DNA of 64,000 bases from Escherichia coli (lineage in GTDB: Bacteria; Pseudomonadota; Gammaproteobacteria; Enterobacterales; Enterobacteriaceae), in the NCBI RefSeq assembly GCF_013315695.1, contig NZ_CP054353.1, one strand, 5' to 3'. Position 1 is the stretch's first letter. Each line of letters begins with the position of its first letter. The position numbers and the translations under genes are program-made. Under the pieces are notes generated by a model, which saw only the letters and a program-made list of their open reading frames with translations, searched no databases and was not told the origin of the DNA. This document shows, piece by piece, positions 20,160-37,687 of this stretch.

Positions 20160-21691
20160 TAGCGGAGTCCTTGTCTGACATAACCTACCCATTTTGCGAC
20201 TAACGCGGTCAGGGCAAAAATAATAAGCGGTAATAGCAGTTGCCATAAAGCCTGGGCGGCAAGAATACCGTTGCTGCCGCCGCTGCTTAATGCCACCGCC
20301 TCAGTGGTGAGCGTCGGAAAACGCCCCGCGCCCAGCCACAGCGTCGGCATATACTGCGCAATACTGACTGAAAATCCCACCGCGAAGGCAATCAGCGTAG
20401 GGTGTAGCATAAGCGGACATTTCACGTAAAAGAAGATTTTGGACCGCGACCAGCCCAGTGTTTGCGCAATCAAAATTAACCGTGAATCAATGCGCTGCCA
20501 GGCGGGTTGCAGGATAAACAGCATCCACGGCATTACCCACAGCAGATGCCCCCAGACCACCGCTGTCCAGCTTCCATCCAGGTTTAGCCATAGCGCCAGC
20601 GTGTACTGGCCCGCCACCAGTGGCAGAGCAGGTAATAAAATGGGCAACCATAGCCACAACTGGCGACGCTGTGGCCCCCATTCCAGCCACAGCAGTAACA
20701 GGAGCAAAGCGATGAATGTCGCCACCAGCCCCATTGTCAGGCTGTTGATGAGCGCTTCACTATTGATCGTCGACTGATCCGCGAGGATCGCCAGCAGAAC
20801 CACACACAGCACACCGGTTAAGGGTAAAAAACTCGCCAGCGTAATGCCTGGCAATAAAGGCGTGGCAGGCTTACGAACGCCATCTACGCGGGGAATAGTA
20901 CGCCGCCAGTTACGCCATAGCAGATAGCCCAGCAAAACGTAGGCGGCGAGTAACAGCAGCAGCAGGCTGGCGAGTGCGCCTTTCATCTGTTGTTCGGCGT
21001 CGCCCTGGGTTAACCACTGCCAGCTAATTACCGCCAGCGTCGGGGGATTACCTGGCCCAAGAATAATCGCCACATCCACGACCGACAGCGACCAGGCAAC
21101 AATCGCCAGCATCGCCATTGCCAGCGCAGGCGCGATAGAGGGCAACAGCAGCCAGTTCAGGCATTGCCAGCGGCTGTAGCCCAGCGAATCCAGCACAATG
21201 ACCTGCTGCAATAGCCGTTTTTCGCTCAATACTGCCGCTAAGATCCACAGCAGAAATGCGCTTTCTTTCACCGCCAGGGTGAGGCCCAGCCCAATACCAA
21301 ATTTGTCCATTGGCGGAGTGAAATACGGGAAATAGTCATAAAGCAGCCCTCCGTCAGCAAACAGCAACAGGGCGCTGGTGGCAAAAGCAACATGGGGAAT
21401 GGCGAGCAGCCACGGCAGACGGGCGCACATATGCTGCCATTTCGGTCCAGGCCACAGCGCCACAATCACCAGCAGGGCAATCAACAACGCCCCGACCGCC
21501 GCAATGGTTGTCGACACCAGCGTCGCCAGTAATGCCTGCGGTAACTGTGGATCGGCAAATAACGCCTGCCAGTGCGTCAACGACAAAGCAGGCGATATCA
21601 GCGTGAGAGCTGCCGGGATCAGCGGTGCATAAATCACCGCTATCATCGCCCACAGCAAAAAGATTAATGCGTACCGTAACGGTGTAGCCAT
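20159..21691 (-). CDS. ynjC: ABC transporter permease (two fused permease domains)
   Basis: Long hydrophobic ORF 20159..21715; start codon uncertain (ATG at 21691 chosen). Confidence 0.8.
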   Translation of the reverse strand: MATPLRYALIFLLWAMIAVIYAPLIPAALTLISPALSLTHWQALFADPQLPQALLATLVSTTIAAVGALLIALLVIVALWPGPKWQHMCARLPWLLAIPHVAFATSALLLFADGGLLYDYFPYFTPPMDKFGIGLGLTLAVKESAFLLWILAAVLSEKRLLQQVIVLDSLGYSRWQCLNWLLLPSIAPALAMAMLAIVAWSLSVVDVAIILGPGNPPTLAVISWQWLTQGDAEQQMKGALASLLLLLLAAYVLLGYLLWRNWRRTIPRVDGVRKPATPLLPGITLASFLPLTGVLCVVLLAILADQSTINSEALINSLTMGLVATFIALLLLLLWLEWGPQRRQLWLWLPILLPALPLVAGQYTLALWLNLDGSWTAVVWGHLLWVMPWMLFILQPAWQRIDSRLILIAQTLGWSRSKIFFYVKCPLMLHPTLIAFAVGFSVSIAQYMPTLWLGAGRFPTLTTEAVALSSGGSNGILAAQALWQLLLPLIIFALTALVAKWVGYVRQGLR

Positions 21692-22830
21692 TCTTGTTCC
21701 AGCGCATTTACCCAACCTGCGTGCGGTTCAGCCAGTACCGGCGGCAGATCCTGCGGCATTCTTGATTGCAAGGATTCGCGCTGCCCGTCAGGCAGTTTTT
21801 GCGGATCGAGAACAGAAGGATCGCCCCAGACAGCGGGATCTGCTTTACGCAGTTGCGCATTGGGTGAGAGCAGGAAATTGGCAACTACCTTCGCCGCAGC
21901 ACTGGTATTCGCGTTGGCAGGAATGGTGACGAAATGGACGTTGCCAATCATCCCCTCGCGAAAGCCAAAACTGTAACTGCTTGCAGGCAAATCGCCGCTG
22001 GCGATTTTTTGCTGCGCATGCGCGGGGTTAAAGGTCAGCGACAGGCGCAATGTGCCGGCTTTCAGCAGAGCATCCATCCGCGCGGGCGAAGGCGGGAAAT
22101 CCTTTCCTTCGCGCCACAAATACGGATGCAGTGCATCAAGATATTGCCACAAGGGCGCAGTGACACGGGCGAAAGTTGCATCGTCCGGCGCTTCTTTTAA
22201 TTCGGCGGGATCGGGCGTCAGCATAATCAGCAACTGTTCAAGAAACGCCGTGCCGGTAAAGTCCGGTGGGCGCGGATAGGTAACCGTGCCGGGATTGGCT
22301 TTAGCAAACTCCAGTAAAGCTTGCGGCGTTTGTGGTGGCTGCGGCGTAACATCGCGGCGGGCGATAAACGTCAGTTGCGCGCCCCCCCAGGGCGATTCAG
22401 CCCCTTCTGTAGGCACTGAAAAATCTTCCCGCACCGGCAGCTGTGTGTCGACATAGCGCCAGTTGGGCAGAGTCTCCGCCCAGCCAGTTTGTAATAAATT
22501 GGCCTCTTTTAAGGTGCGGAAGTTTTCGCCGTTCACCCAGAGCAGATCCACCGAGCCGCCCGTTTTACGTCCGGCAGCAGCTTCGGTCTGAATGCGCTTT
22601 ACCGCGTCTGCGGCATCCGCCAGACGAACAATCTTCAGGTTTATAGTGTAATAGGTTTTCATCTCGCCGCTAACCCAGTCGAGATAGCGGTTAATTGCGG
22701 TATCGCCGCCCCAGGCGTTAAACCAGACGGTTTGTCCTTTGGCCTCATTTTTTATTTCCTGCCAGTCACTGGCATGTGTTGCCAAAGAAAACAGCGATAA
22801 CAATCCCAGCAACCACCCACAATGGCGCAT
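21664..22830 (-). CDS. ynjB: ABC transporter periplasmic substrate-binding protein
   Basis: 388-aa ORF with N-terminal signal peptide; upstream of the permease and ATPase genes. Confidence 0.85.
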   Translation of the reverse strand: MRHCGWLLGLLSLFSLATHASDWQEIKNEAKGQTVWFNAWGGDTAINRYLDWVSGEMKTYYTINLKIVRLADAADAVKRIQTEAAAGRKTGGSVDLLWVNGENFRTLKEANLLQTGWAETLPNWRYVDTQLPVREDFSVPTEGAESPWGGAQLTFIARRDVTPQPPQTPQALLEFAKANPGTVTYPRPPDFTGTAFLEQLLIMLTPDPAELKEAPDDATFARVTAPLWQYLDALHPYLWREGKDFPPSPARMDALLKAGTLRLSLTFNPAHAQQKIASGDLPASSYSFGFREGMIGNVHFVTIPANANTSAAAKVVANFLLSPNAQLRKADPAVWGDPSVLDPQKLPDGQRESLQSRMPQDLPPVLAEPHAGWVNALEQEWLHRYGTH

Positions 22831-22839
22831 CATCTCTCC

Positions 22840-23388
22840 TTAAGAACGTTTTTCAGGAATACGGCACAGCCCCTGAGCGGGAATGTCCATGGCAGAATTA
22901 AAACGGGCTGACAGATTTTGCAGGCCGATCAATGCCGTCAGTTCGGTGAGTGCCTGAGCGTCAAAGTGAGTAGCCAGTCGGGTACGCAGGGCATCATCGA
23001 CCGTTGGCGGTGTGACGCTTGCGGCTTCGGCGTACTCCAGCGCCAGCCGTTCTTCATCGCTAAAGAGCGGGCTTTGCCGCCAGTCAGCCACTGCCAGCAG
23101 TTTATCGGTGCTGCCGGTACGCTCGGCGACTTTCATACTGGTGATATCCACGCAAAACTCACACAGGCACATTTGCGCAATGCGCGCGCTGACAAGCGAT
23201 CGCACTACCGGATCGAGCGGTGAGCGTTTGCGCTCCAGCCAGCCGACAAACATCGACACCAGATAAAAGATAAACGGGATCCGCCCCCACCAGCGAATGG
23301 GGCTTAGCACCTCGCCGTAATGGCGACGATGCAGCCACGCCTGCGGACGTAAAATGAAAGGAATTTTGCTAAGCGGCGGTAAACCCAT
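22840..23388 (-). CDS. ynjA: AhpD/carboxymuconolactone-decarboxylase-like protein
   Basis: 182-aa ORF; sequence and position match E. coli YnjA. Confidence 0.85.
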   Translation of the reverse strand: MGLPPLSKIPFILRPQAWLHRRHYGEVLSPIRWWGRIPFIFYLVSMFVGWLERKRSPLDPVVRSLVSARIAQMCLCEFCVDITSMKVAERTGSTDKLLAVADWRQSPLFSDEERLALEYAEAASVTPPTVDDALRTRLATHFDAQALTELTALIGLQNLSARFNSAMDIPAQGLCRIPEKRS

Positions 23389-24095
23389 CAGGCATTCCTC
23401 TTCTGGCGCTCAAGCCATATTTTCTTCGCCATAAAAATCACCACGGTCAGGGCAAACAGAATAAACAGTCCGGTGACAAACCAGAAAGTACCGCCTGTTA
23501 ACATGCTGCCCGCCCAGGAATAAACAATAGTCGCCGGTAACTGACCAAGCCCGGTGGCGATAAAAAACGAGCGAAAACGTATTGAAGTCAAACCGGCAGC
23601 ATAGCTGATTGGATCGAAAGGGACAAAAGGCAATAACCGACATACCAGGATGGTGTGTTTGCCGTAGCGAGTGAAAAAGCCGTCCATACTGTCAAGTACG
23701 GTTTTGCCGGTTAATTTTTCCACCACTTCGCGGCCCATCACTCTGGCGATAAAAAAGCATAGTGCCGCGCCGGCCATCGAACTGGTCCACGACAGTAAGC
23801 CGCCCCAGAACGCACCAAACAGCGACGCATTGGCAAAGGTGATCAAAAACGCAGGTAGCGGTGCAGCAATGGCCTGTAAAATCATCAACAAGAACGAGAC
23901 AACTGCCGCTAGTGCGCCGTAAGACTGAATAAAGCGTTCTATACCCTGTTGGTCCACGGCGGCAAACGCCGCAACGCTGCGATTGATAAACTCATGGACG
24001 CCGGGAAGCAGCGCCCATGCCAGCAGCACAGCGAACAACAGGATGATGAGGGTTATACGGTAGTACCAGATTTTACGCGATTGCATCTTCATCAT
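23388..24095 (-). CDS. ydjZ: DedA-family inner-membrane protein
   Basis: 235-aa hydrophobic ORF with DedA/TVP38 features. Confidence 0.85.
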   Translation of the reverse strand: MMKMQSRKIWYYRITLIILLFAVLLAWALLPGVHEFINRSVAAFAAVDQQGIERFIQSYGALAAVVSFLLMILQAIAAPLPAFLITFANASLFGAFWGGLLSWTSSMAGAALCFFIARVMGREVVEKLTGKTVLDSMDGFFTRYGKHTILVCRLLPFVPFDPISYAAGLTSIRFRSFFIATGLGQLPATIVYSWAGSMLTGGTFWFVTGLFILFALTVVIFMAKKIWLERQKRNA

Positions 24096-24108
24096 CCGTT
24101 ATCCTGCT

Positions 24109-24786
24109 TTATTCGGTGATTTTAAAGGTAACCGTTGCCAGCGTGTTATCCGCCGGGAGAACTGAGGCATTGCCTTTGAATTTCACTTCGCCGCGTTTTT
24201 CCACCGCACCATAAGTGTATGTTGCATTGCTGACGATGCCGACCGGGCAGCTATCCAGACACACCAGGCAACCCGTTTTCTTCTCTTCTGCTGCCGTTAA
24301 ATTACCGCCAAAGCGCATGTCCAGTTTCTTGCCATTACTGTCAACAATCACTTCATCGAAGGAATACGCTTTTGCCGCCCCTTGCCAGTTGACCGAAATA
24401 TCCAGTTTGCTGCCTGTGACATGAGTCGTTTCTTTATTATCCATCGTCATGTTCTCGCCCGGCGTACCACCTGCCTCTTTCAGGGCTTCATAAAATGCTT
24501 TCGGGGTCGCATAACCCATAAACAGCGATTTATGTCCGTTGGAGCCATCTTTAAACACAATACCGTGACGAGTGTCGTCGGTGAGGAAACGACCATTAAT
24601 TTGCACCAGCATGGTTACCGTATGGTTATTGGCATCGACACGCAGCGGTTGGCTGTTCGAAAGTCCGTCGTATTCCACTTTTGCCGCCGCATTCTCTTTT
24701 TGATCGCAGCCGCTAAGCCCAGCAACAGCCAGTAAGCAGAGTGCAGTCAGTCCTTTTTTCCATGACGCTGAATAATGTTGCAACAT
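24109..24786 (-). CDS. ydjY: lipoprotein of unknown function
   Basis: ORF 24109..24948 trimmed to MLQHYSASWKKGLTALCLLAVAGLSGC (lipobox LSGC); 225 aa. Confidence 0.7.
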   Translation of the reverse strand: MLQHYSASWKKGLTALCLLAVAGLSGCDQKENAAAKVEYDGLSNSQPLRVDANNHTVTMLVQINGRFLTDDTRHGIVFKDGSNGHKSLFMGYATPKAFYEALKEAGGTPGENMTMDNKETTHVTGSKLDISVNWQGAAKAYSFDEVIVDSNGKKLDMRFGGNLTAAEEKKTGCLVCLDSCPVGIVSNATYTYGAVEKRGEVKFKGNASVLPADNTLATVTFKITE

Positions 24787-24790
24787 CGTT

Positions 24791-25501
24791 CTATCCTTCA
24801 TTTTTTGGGTGAGTAAGTGGGCTGCGGCGAGAAGCAGACAGATCCACATGTTTGTGTCGAGCGTAGAGTTTTGCGAGCTGGACGAGAATAAACAGCGCCA
24901 GGCCCGCCAGACAGAGTTGTAAAATGAAGCGCAGCGTAATGCCTTCATTGGCGAGATCGCTTGCCATCACGGTATAAATAACAATACCGGGCAGAGTCGT
25001 GAGTGCTGAAATAAGGGTATAAGGCCAGAAGGCGATTGTGGTTAATCCGTAAGCGTAATTTTGAATATTGTAAGGAAACAACGGGATTAAGCGGGTCAGA
25101 ATAAGAAAATCAATACCGTTACGCGCAATGCCTTTTTCAATGGCCTTAAAAGTATGGCTATGGCCCACATATTTCAGCAGTAAATCACGCCCCAGCCAGC
25201 GCGCCAGCAGGAATGAGCACGAGGAGGCCAGCGTGGCGGCAATTAATGAGAGTAGTGTCCCTAAGAACGGGCCAAAAACTATTCCTCCAGCGATCACCAG
25301 TATGCTTCCTGGTAACAGAAAGAGGGTGGCAATGATGAATAACAGAATATAGAGGCTATAGCCGAACAATCCGCTCTGGCGAATGAGTGTCTGTAAGTGG
25401 GGTAAATCGGTGAGCAGATCGAATAAACCGAAAGCGTGGATAGCGTAAATGAGCAGCGCAAAAATAAGACAGGCAAAAAGAAATTTACGCTCAGCGTTCA
25501 T
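24791..25501 (-). CDS. ydjX: DedA/TVP38-family inner-membrane protein
   Basis: ORF trimmed to MNAERKFLFACLIF (236 aa); multi-helix membrane protein. Confidence 0.85.
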   Translation of the reverse strand: MNAERKFLFACLIFALLIYAIHAFGLFDLLTDLPHLQTLIRQSGLFGYSLYILLFIIATLFLLPGSILVIAGGIVFGPFLGTLLSLIAATLASSCSFLLARWLGRDLLLKYVGHSHTFKAIEKGIARNGIDFLILTRLIPLFPYNIQNYAYGLTTIAFWPYTLISALTTLPGIVIYTVMASDLANEGITLRFILQLCLAGLALFILVQLAKLYARHKHVDLSASRRSPLTHPKNEG

Positions 25502-25667
25502 CGTGGAGTTTCCTATATCAAACTTGATAATAGAGAAGTGGTCAGACAACTAAAAACGCAGTGACGGTATAACAAAGGGCGGCAGGCAACAAATCATTAC
25601 TGACAGTTTGTTGATTTTTCTCAAGGTTAATTCTCCTGACCCAGTTTGAGCCAGGAGAACAGCTAAA

Positions 25668-26474
25668 TTAGCGGCGGAAGGTCGCCCAGACGGGGGCGTG
25701 ATCGGACGGTTTTTCCATGCTGCGGATTTCATAGTCGATGCCAGTTTCTACGCAACATTCTGCCAGCGGTTGGCTGGCGAGAAGCAGGTCGATACGCAGA
25801 CCGCGGTTATCGTCAAAACCTTTTGAGCGGTAATCAAACCATGAGAAACGATCGGCTGTTTGCGGATTCGCATGGCGGAAGGTATCGACCAACCCCCAGC
25901 TCATCAGTCTCTCCATCCATTCGCGTTCTTCCGGAAGGAAAGAGCATTTACCAGTCCGCAGCCAGCGTTTGCGGTTCTCTTCGCCAATGCCGATATCCAG
26001 GTCGGTGGGGCTGATATTCATATCGCCCATAATCAGCACCGGATTTTCGCGCTTAAGTTCGGTTTCGAGATAGTTTTGCAGATTCTGATAAAACTGCGCC
26101 TTCGCAGGGAATTTTATCGGATGGTCGCGGCTTTCACCCTGCGGGAAGTAACCGTTGATCACGGTGACATTGCCCAGCGGTGAGGGGATTTCCGCCATAA
26201 TAATCCGCCGTTGCGCCTCTTCGTCATCACCCGGAAAACCGCGACGCACGGCAATCGGTGTCTCTTTGGTCAGCAGCGCCACGCCATAATGGCCTTTCTG
26301 CCCGTGATAAAACACGTTGTAGCCGAGCTTCGCCACCTCTTCGAGTGGAAACATATCGTCATGAACTTTTGTCTCCTGCAGGCCAATCACATCCGGCTGG
26401 TGCTTTTCGACGATGGCTTCAAGCTGGTGAGGTCTGGCGCGCAGGCCGTTGATATTAAAAGAGACAAATTTCAT
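25668..26474 (-). CDS. xthA: exodeoxyribonuclease III (AP endonuclease)
   Basis: ORF trimmed to [21 protein letters not shown] (268 aa); ExoIII/APE1 family. Confidence 0.95.
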   Translation of the reverse strand: MKFVSFNINGLRARPHQLEAIVEKHQPDVIGLQETKVHDDMFPLEEVAKLGYNVFYHGQKGHYGVALLTKETPIAVRRGFPGDDEEAQRRIIMAEIPSPLGNVTVINGYFPQGESRDHPIKFPAKAQFYQNLQNYLETELKRENPVLIMGDMNISPTDLDIGIGEENRKRWLRTGKCSFLPEEREWMERLMSWGLVDTFRHANPQTADRFSWFDYRSKGFDDNRGLRIDLLLASQPLAECCVETGIDYEIRSMEKPSDHAPVWATFRR

Positions 26475-26831
26475 AGTCGCTGCCATTTATTCAGATAAAG
26501 AGTGCGTGGATGGTAGCAGAATTTCGCTTTGCTTACCGCCTGTTGTTAAGTGATTTGATCGATGGTTGTTAATGATGTCAACGATGGCGCAAAAAATGCC
26601 CGCTTTTGGTGCGCGCTGCGTCAGAATGGCGCAGTAATTTCCAGTAAATTTCGTCAATGATCACAATTCCAGAATTATATTTTACTTCTGCATAACATTG
26701 CGTTTTTTATTCTTTTTATTCACCCACATCGCAAACGTATTCACTTTATATGCACTTTAAATGCATATGGTTTGGTTATAACTCCTTGATTTCCAGTTAG
26801 CCTCCGCCGTTTATGCACTTTTATCACTGGC

Positions 26832-26847
26832 TGGCACGAACCCTGCA
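26832..26847 (+). promoter_or_regulatory. sigma54-type promoter element (TGGCAC-N5-CTGCA) upstream of astC
   Basis: GG and GC dinucleotides spaced exactly as in the -24/-12 consensus, about 70 nt upstream of the astC ATG; the ast operon is known to be nitrogen-regulated. Confidence 0.6.
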
Positions 26848-26883
26848 ATCTACATTTACAGCGAAAACATTACTTATTATTAA

Positions 26884-32947
<6,064 letters not shown>

Positions 32948-32952
32948 TACTT

Positions 32953-32985
32953 ACCCGCAGAAATCATTCTGCGGGTATTAAGTTA
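32953..32985 (+). terminator. rho-independent terminator candidate ending the ast operon
   Basis: Perfect 9-bp stem ACCCGCAGA/TCTGCGGGT directly after the astE stop, then a T-rich tract. Confidence 0.55.
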
Positions 32986-33276
32986 CTTTCTTATAAATTA
33001 ATACAGATTAATCCTGGTTATTTGCTTTATTTATCACCAGTCATCCGGTATAGTTCTTCATAATCTCTTCAAAATCATCGTGTTGTAATATTCTCTCATT
33101 ACTCTCCATCAAATTTTCTTTTTTTCTCCATAATTGGCGAAAAAGTGTTTTTTACACTTTCATTGTTTTACCGTTGCTCTGATTAATTGACGCTAAAGTC
33201 AGTAAAGTTAATCTCGTCAACACGGCACGCTACTTAAGAAAGCCGTAATAAATAACTGAAAGGAAGGATATAGAAT

Positions 33277-33762
33277 ATGCGTAAATTAACTGCACTGTTT
33301 GTTGCCTCTACCCTGGCTCTTGGCGCGGCTAACCTGGCCCATGCCGCAGACACCACTACCTCAGCACCGGCTGACGCGAAGCCGATGATGCACCACAAAG
33401 GCAAGTTCGGTCCGCATCAGGACATGATGTTCAAAGACCTGAACCTGACCGACGCGCAGAAACAGCAGATCCGCGAAATCATGAAAGGCCAGCGTGACCA
33501 GATGAAACGTCCGCCGCTGGAAGAACGCCGCGCAATGCATGACATCATTGCCAGCGATACCTTCGATAAAGCAAAAGCTGAAGCGCAGATCGCAAAAATG
33601 GAAGAACAGCGCAAAGCTAACATGCTGGCGCACATGGAAACCCAGAACAAGATTTACAACATCCTGACGCCGGAACAGAAAAAGCAATTTAATGCTAATT
33701 TTGAGAAGCGTCTGACAGAACGTCCAGCGGCAAAAGGTAAAATGCCTGCAACTGCTGAATAA
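33277..33762 (+). CDS. spy: periplasmic ATP-independent chaperone Spy
   Basis: 161-aa ORF with signal peptide and a helical, charged CpxP/Spy-type sequence. Confidence 0.95.
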   Translation: MRKLTALFVASTLALGAANLAHAADTTTSAPADAKPMMHHKGKFGPHQDMMFKDLNLTDAQKQQIREIMKGQRDQMKRPPLEERRAMHDIIASDTFDKAKAEAQIAKMEEQRKANMLAHMETQNKIYNILTPEQKKQFNANFEKRLTERPAAKGKMPATAE

Positions 33763-33782
33763 TCTTTCAGCCAAAAAACGTA

Positions 33783-33850
33783 AGACCGCCGGTCTTGTCC
33801 ACTACCTTGCAGTAATGCGGTGGACAGGATCGGCGGTTTTCTTTTCTCTT
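33783..33850 (+). terminator. rho-independent terminator of spy
   Basis: Long near-perfect hairpin (GACCGCCGGTCTTGTCCAC ... GTGGACAGGATCGGCGGT) followed by TTTTCTTTTCTC. Confidence 0.6.
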
Positions 33851-33886
33851 CTCAAACAGATGCAAAAAAAGCCTGATCGCCACTAA

Positions 33887-35387
<1,501 letters not shown>

Positions 35388-35481
35388 TGTTGACTCCGAG
35401 TGCTGGTTATCTATCCAGTGTAACAGGCGGGGAGCGATTAAAAAAGAGGCGGGTTGATGACAAAGGTTACACCGTCAGACG

Positions 35482-35578
35482 TGCTACGCCTGTCAGGCCT
35501 ATTCGACTCATGCAATATATTGAATTTGCATAGTTTTGTGGGGCGAATAAGGCGTTCACGCCGCATCCGGCGTGAACA
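35482..35578. repeat. BIME-like pair of REP elements
   Basis: Two REP-type palindromes (TACGCCTGTCAGGCCTA and GGCGTTCACGCCGCATCCGGCGTGAAC) in the spacer between cho and nadE. Confidence 0.55.
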
Positions 35579-35616
35579 AAGTACTCTTTTTCGCACAAAC
35601 CAATATGTGCAAATTA

Positions 35617-36444
35617 TTACTTCTTCCAGAAATCATCGAAAACGGTAATTGGCGGACGGCGTTTATGTTCAGTTTTCAGATACCAGTTCTCTATTGTTCT
35701 GGCGACCTGTTCAGGTACGTTTTTCCCTTCCAGATAGTCGTCGATATTGTCATAGGTCACGCCGAGTGCCACTTCATCTGGTAGAGAAGGGCGATCATCT
35801 TCCAGATCGGCCGTTGGCGCTTTCTTATAAAGGTGTTCCGGGCAACCTAATGCCGCCAGTAACTGTTTACCCTGACGTTTGTTAAGACGATACAGTGGAT
35901 TAATGTCCGTACCGCCGTCACCATATTTAGTGAAGAATCCGGTAATGGCTTCTGCTGCATGATCGGTGCCCACCACGACACCGCTGGTCATACCCGCAAT
36001 GCTATATTGTGCTTTCATCCGCTCACGCGCTTTTTCATTGCCACGGACAAAATCGCTCAGTTCAATGCCTGCTTCCCGCAATGCCTGCTCGCTGGCCAAT
36101 ACCGCGCCCTTGATATTAACGGTTAATACGCGATCCGGTTGAATAAAGGCAATGGCATCCTGGCAATCTTGTTCGTCAGCCTGAACACCATAGGGCAGGC
36201 GTACGGCAATAAATTGCAGTGATTCGTTGCCAGTTTCCTGGCGCAGCTCATTAATCGCCATCTGGCACAGCTTTCCGGCAAGCGTGGAGTCCTGACCGCC
36301 GCTGATCCCGAGCACCAGTGATTTAATGAACGGATAAGTTTGCAGGTAGCTTTTCAGAAAATCGACACTACGACGAATTTCCTCTTCAGCATTAATCTGC
36401 GGTTTTGCGCCCAGCGCCTTTATTATTTGTTGTTGCAATGTCAT
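35617..36444 (-). CDS. nadE: NH3-dependent NAD+ synthetase
   Basis: 275-aa ORF with the PP-loop SGGQDS motif. Confidence 0.95.
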
Positions 36445-36645
36445 TGAACCCCTCCAGACAGAAAAGACAAAACTTCCTTAAAGCTAACCCGTTGCTACTG
36501 AAACGACAAGCGACAGCGGGCTGAATGGTGGTTAAAACGTCATACAGGAATCCTCTGAAAGCGGAGCCGTTTCGTTCACGGGCTTGAAAAAGCGCCCAAT
36601 GTATTCCAGGCTTATCTAACACGCTGATAAACAAGAGGACGGAAT

Positions 36646-36984
36646 ATGAACAAGAATATGGCAGGAATTCTGAGTGCAGCGGCGGTATTAACCATGCTGG
36701 CGGGTTGTACGGCTTATGATCGTACCAAAGACCAGTTTGTACAGCCTGTGGTGAAAGACGTCAAAAAAGGCATGAGCCGGGCGCAGGTTGCACAAATTGC
36801 GGGTAAACCTTCGTCTGAAGTGAGCATGATTCATGCTCGTGGTACTTGCCAGACCTACATCCTGGGTCAACGTGATGGTAAAGCAGAAACCTACTTTGTC
36901 GCGTTAGATGATACCGGACATGTCATCAACTCCGGTTATCAGACCTGTGCTGAATACGACACTGATCCACAGGCTGCGAAGTAA
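36646..36984 (+). CDS. osmE: osmotically inducible lipoprotein E
   Basis: 112-aa ORF with lipoprotein signal (LAGC). Confidence 0.9.
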
Positions 36985-37282
36985 TCACTTCGCCTGAAAG
37001 CTTGAGTTACAACGGAAACCGGCCATTGCGCCGGTTTTTTTTGGCCTGAGTTCTTAATTATCTTCGCGAATTATTTGCCCGAAATGTGAAGAGGGTCATA
37101 ACCGCAGGTCAAGGAGAGACAATTTATAAGGTCAAAGAAATACTATTGCTCAGGTCTATACCGTATACTCCTTTCAGCCACAAAAAAAGTCATGTTGGTT
37201 TCGCAAGTTACCCAGAGCATGGAAGCAGGTTAAGGCTTGCGGAGTGTCTGGCTTACAGATAATCGTCGATGAGGGCAGTTTT

Positions 37283-37603
37283 ATGGAAAAGAAACACATT
37301 TATCTGTTTTGTTCTGCGGGCATGTCTACCTCTTTACTGGTATCAAAAATGCGCGCACAGGCAGAAAAATATGAAGTTCCGGTCATTATTGAAGCATTTC
37401 CGGAAACACTGGCTGGTGAAAAAGGTCAGAATGCCGATGTCGTGTTATTAGGGCCGCAGATTGCTTATATGTTGCCCGAAATCCAGCGTTTGTTACCCAA
37501 CAAACCGGTCGAAGTAATTGACTCGCTGCTTTATGGCAAAGTCGATGGTTTAGGCGTGCTTAAGGCTGCGGTTGCAGCGATTAAAAAAGCCGCAGCAAAT
37601 TAA
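37283..37603 (+). CDS. chbB: PTS chitobiose-specific IIB component
   Basis: ORF trimmed to [17 protein letters not shown] (106 aa) with the phosphorylated-Cys loop. Confidence 0.9.
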   Translation: MEKKHIYLFCSAGMSTSLLVSKMRAQAEKYEVPVIIEAFPETLAGEKGQNADVVLLGPQIAYMLPEIQRLLPNKPVEVIDSLLYGKVDGLGVLKAAVAAIKKAAAN

Positions 37604-37687
37604 TTTATTTTAAATTTTCCCGTCAAAGAGTTATTTCATAAATCAATACCGCAATATTTAAATTGCGGTTTTTAAGGGTATTTTTCT

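Noticed and set aside
33181-33276. CpxR-type direct repeat (CTAAAGTCAGTAAAG) upstream of spy
   Set aside because: spy is known to be Cpx/Bae-regulated, but the repeat spacing here does not cleanly match GTAAA-N5-GTAAA as I remember it, so I did not list it as a feature.
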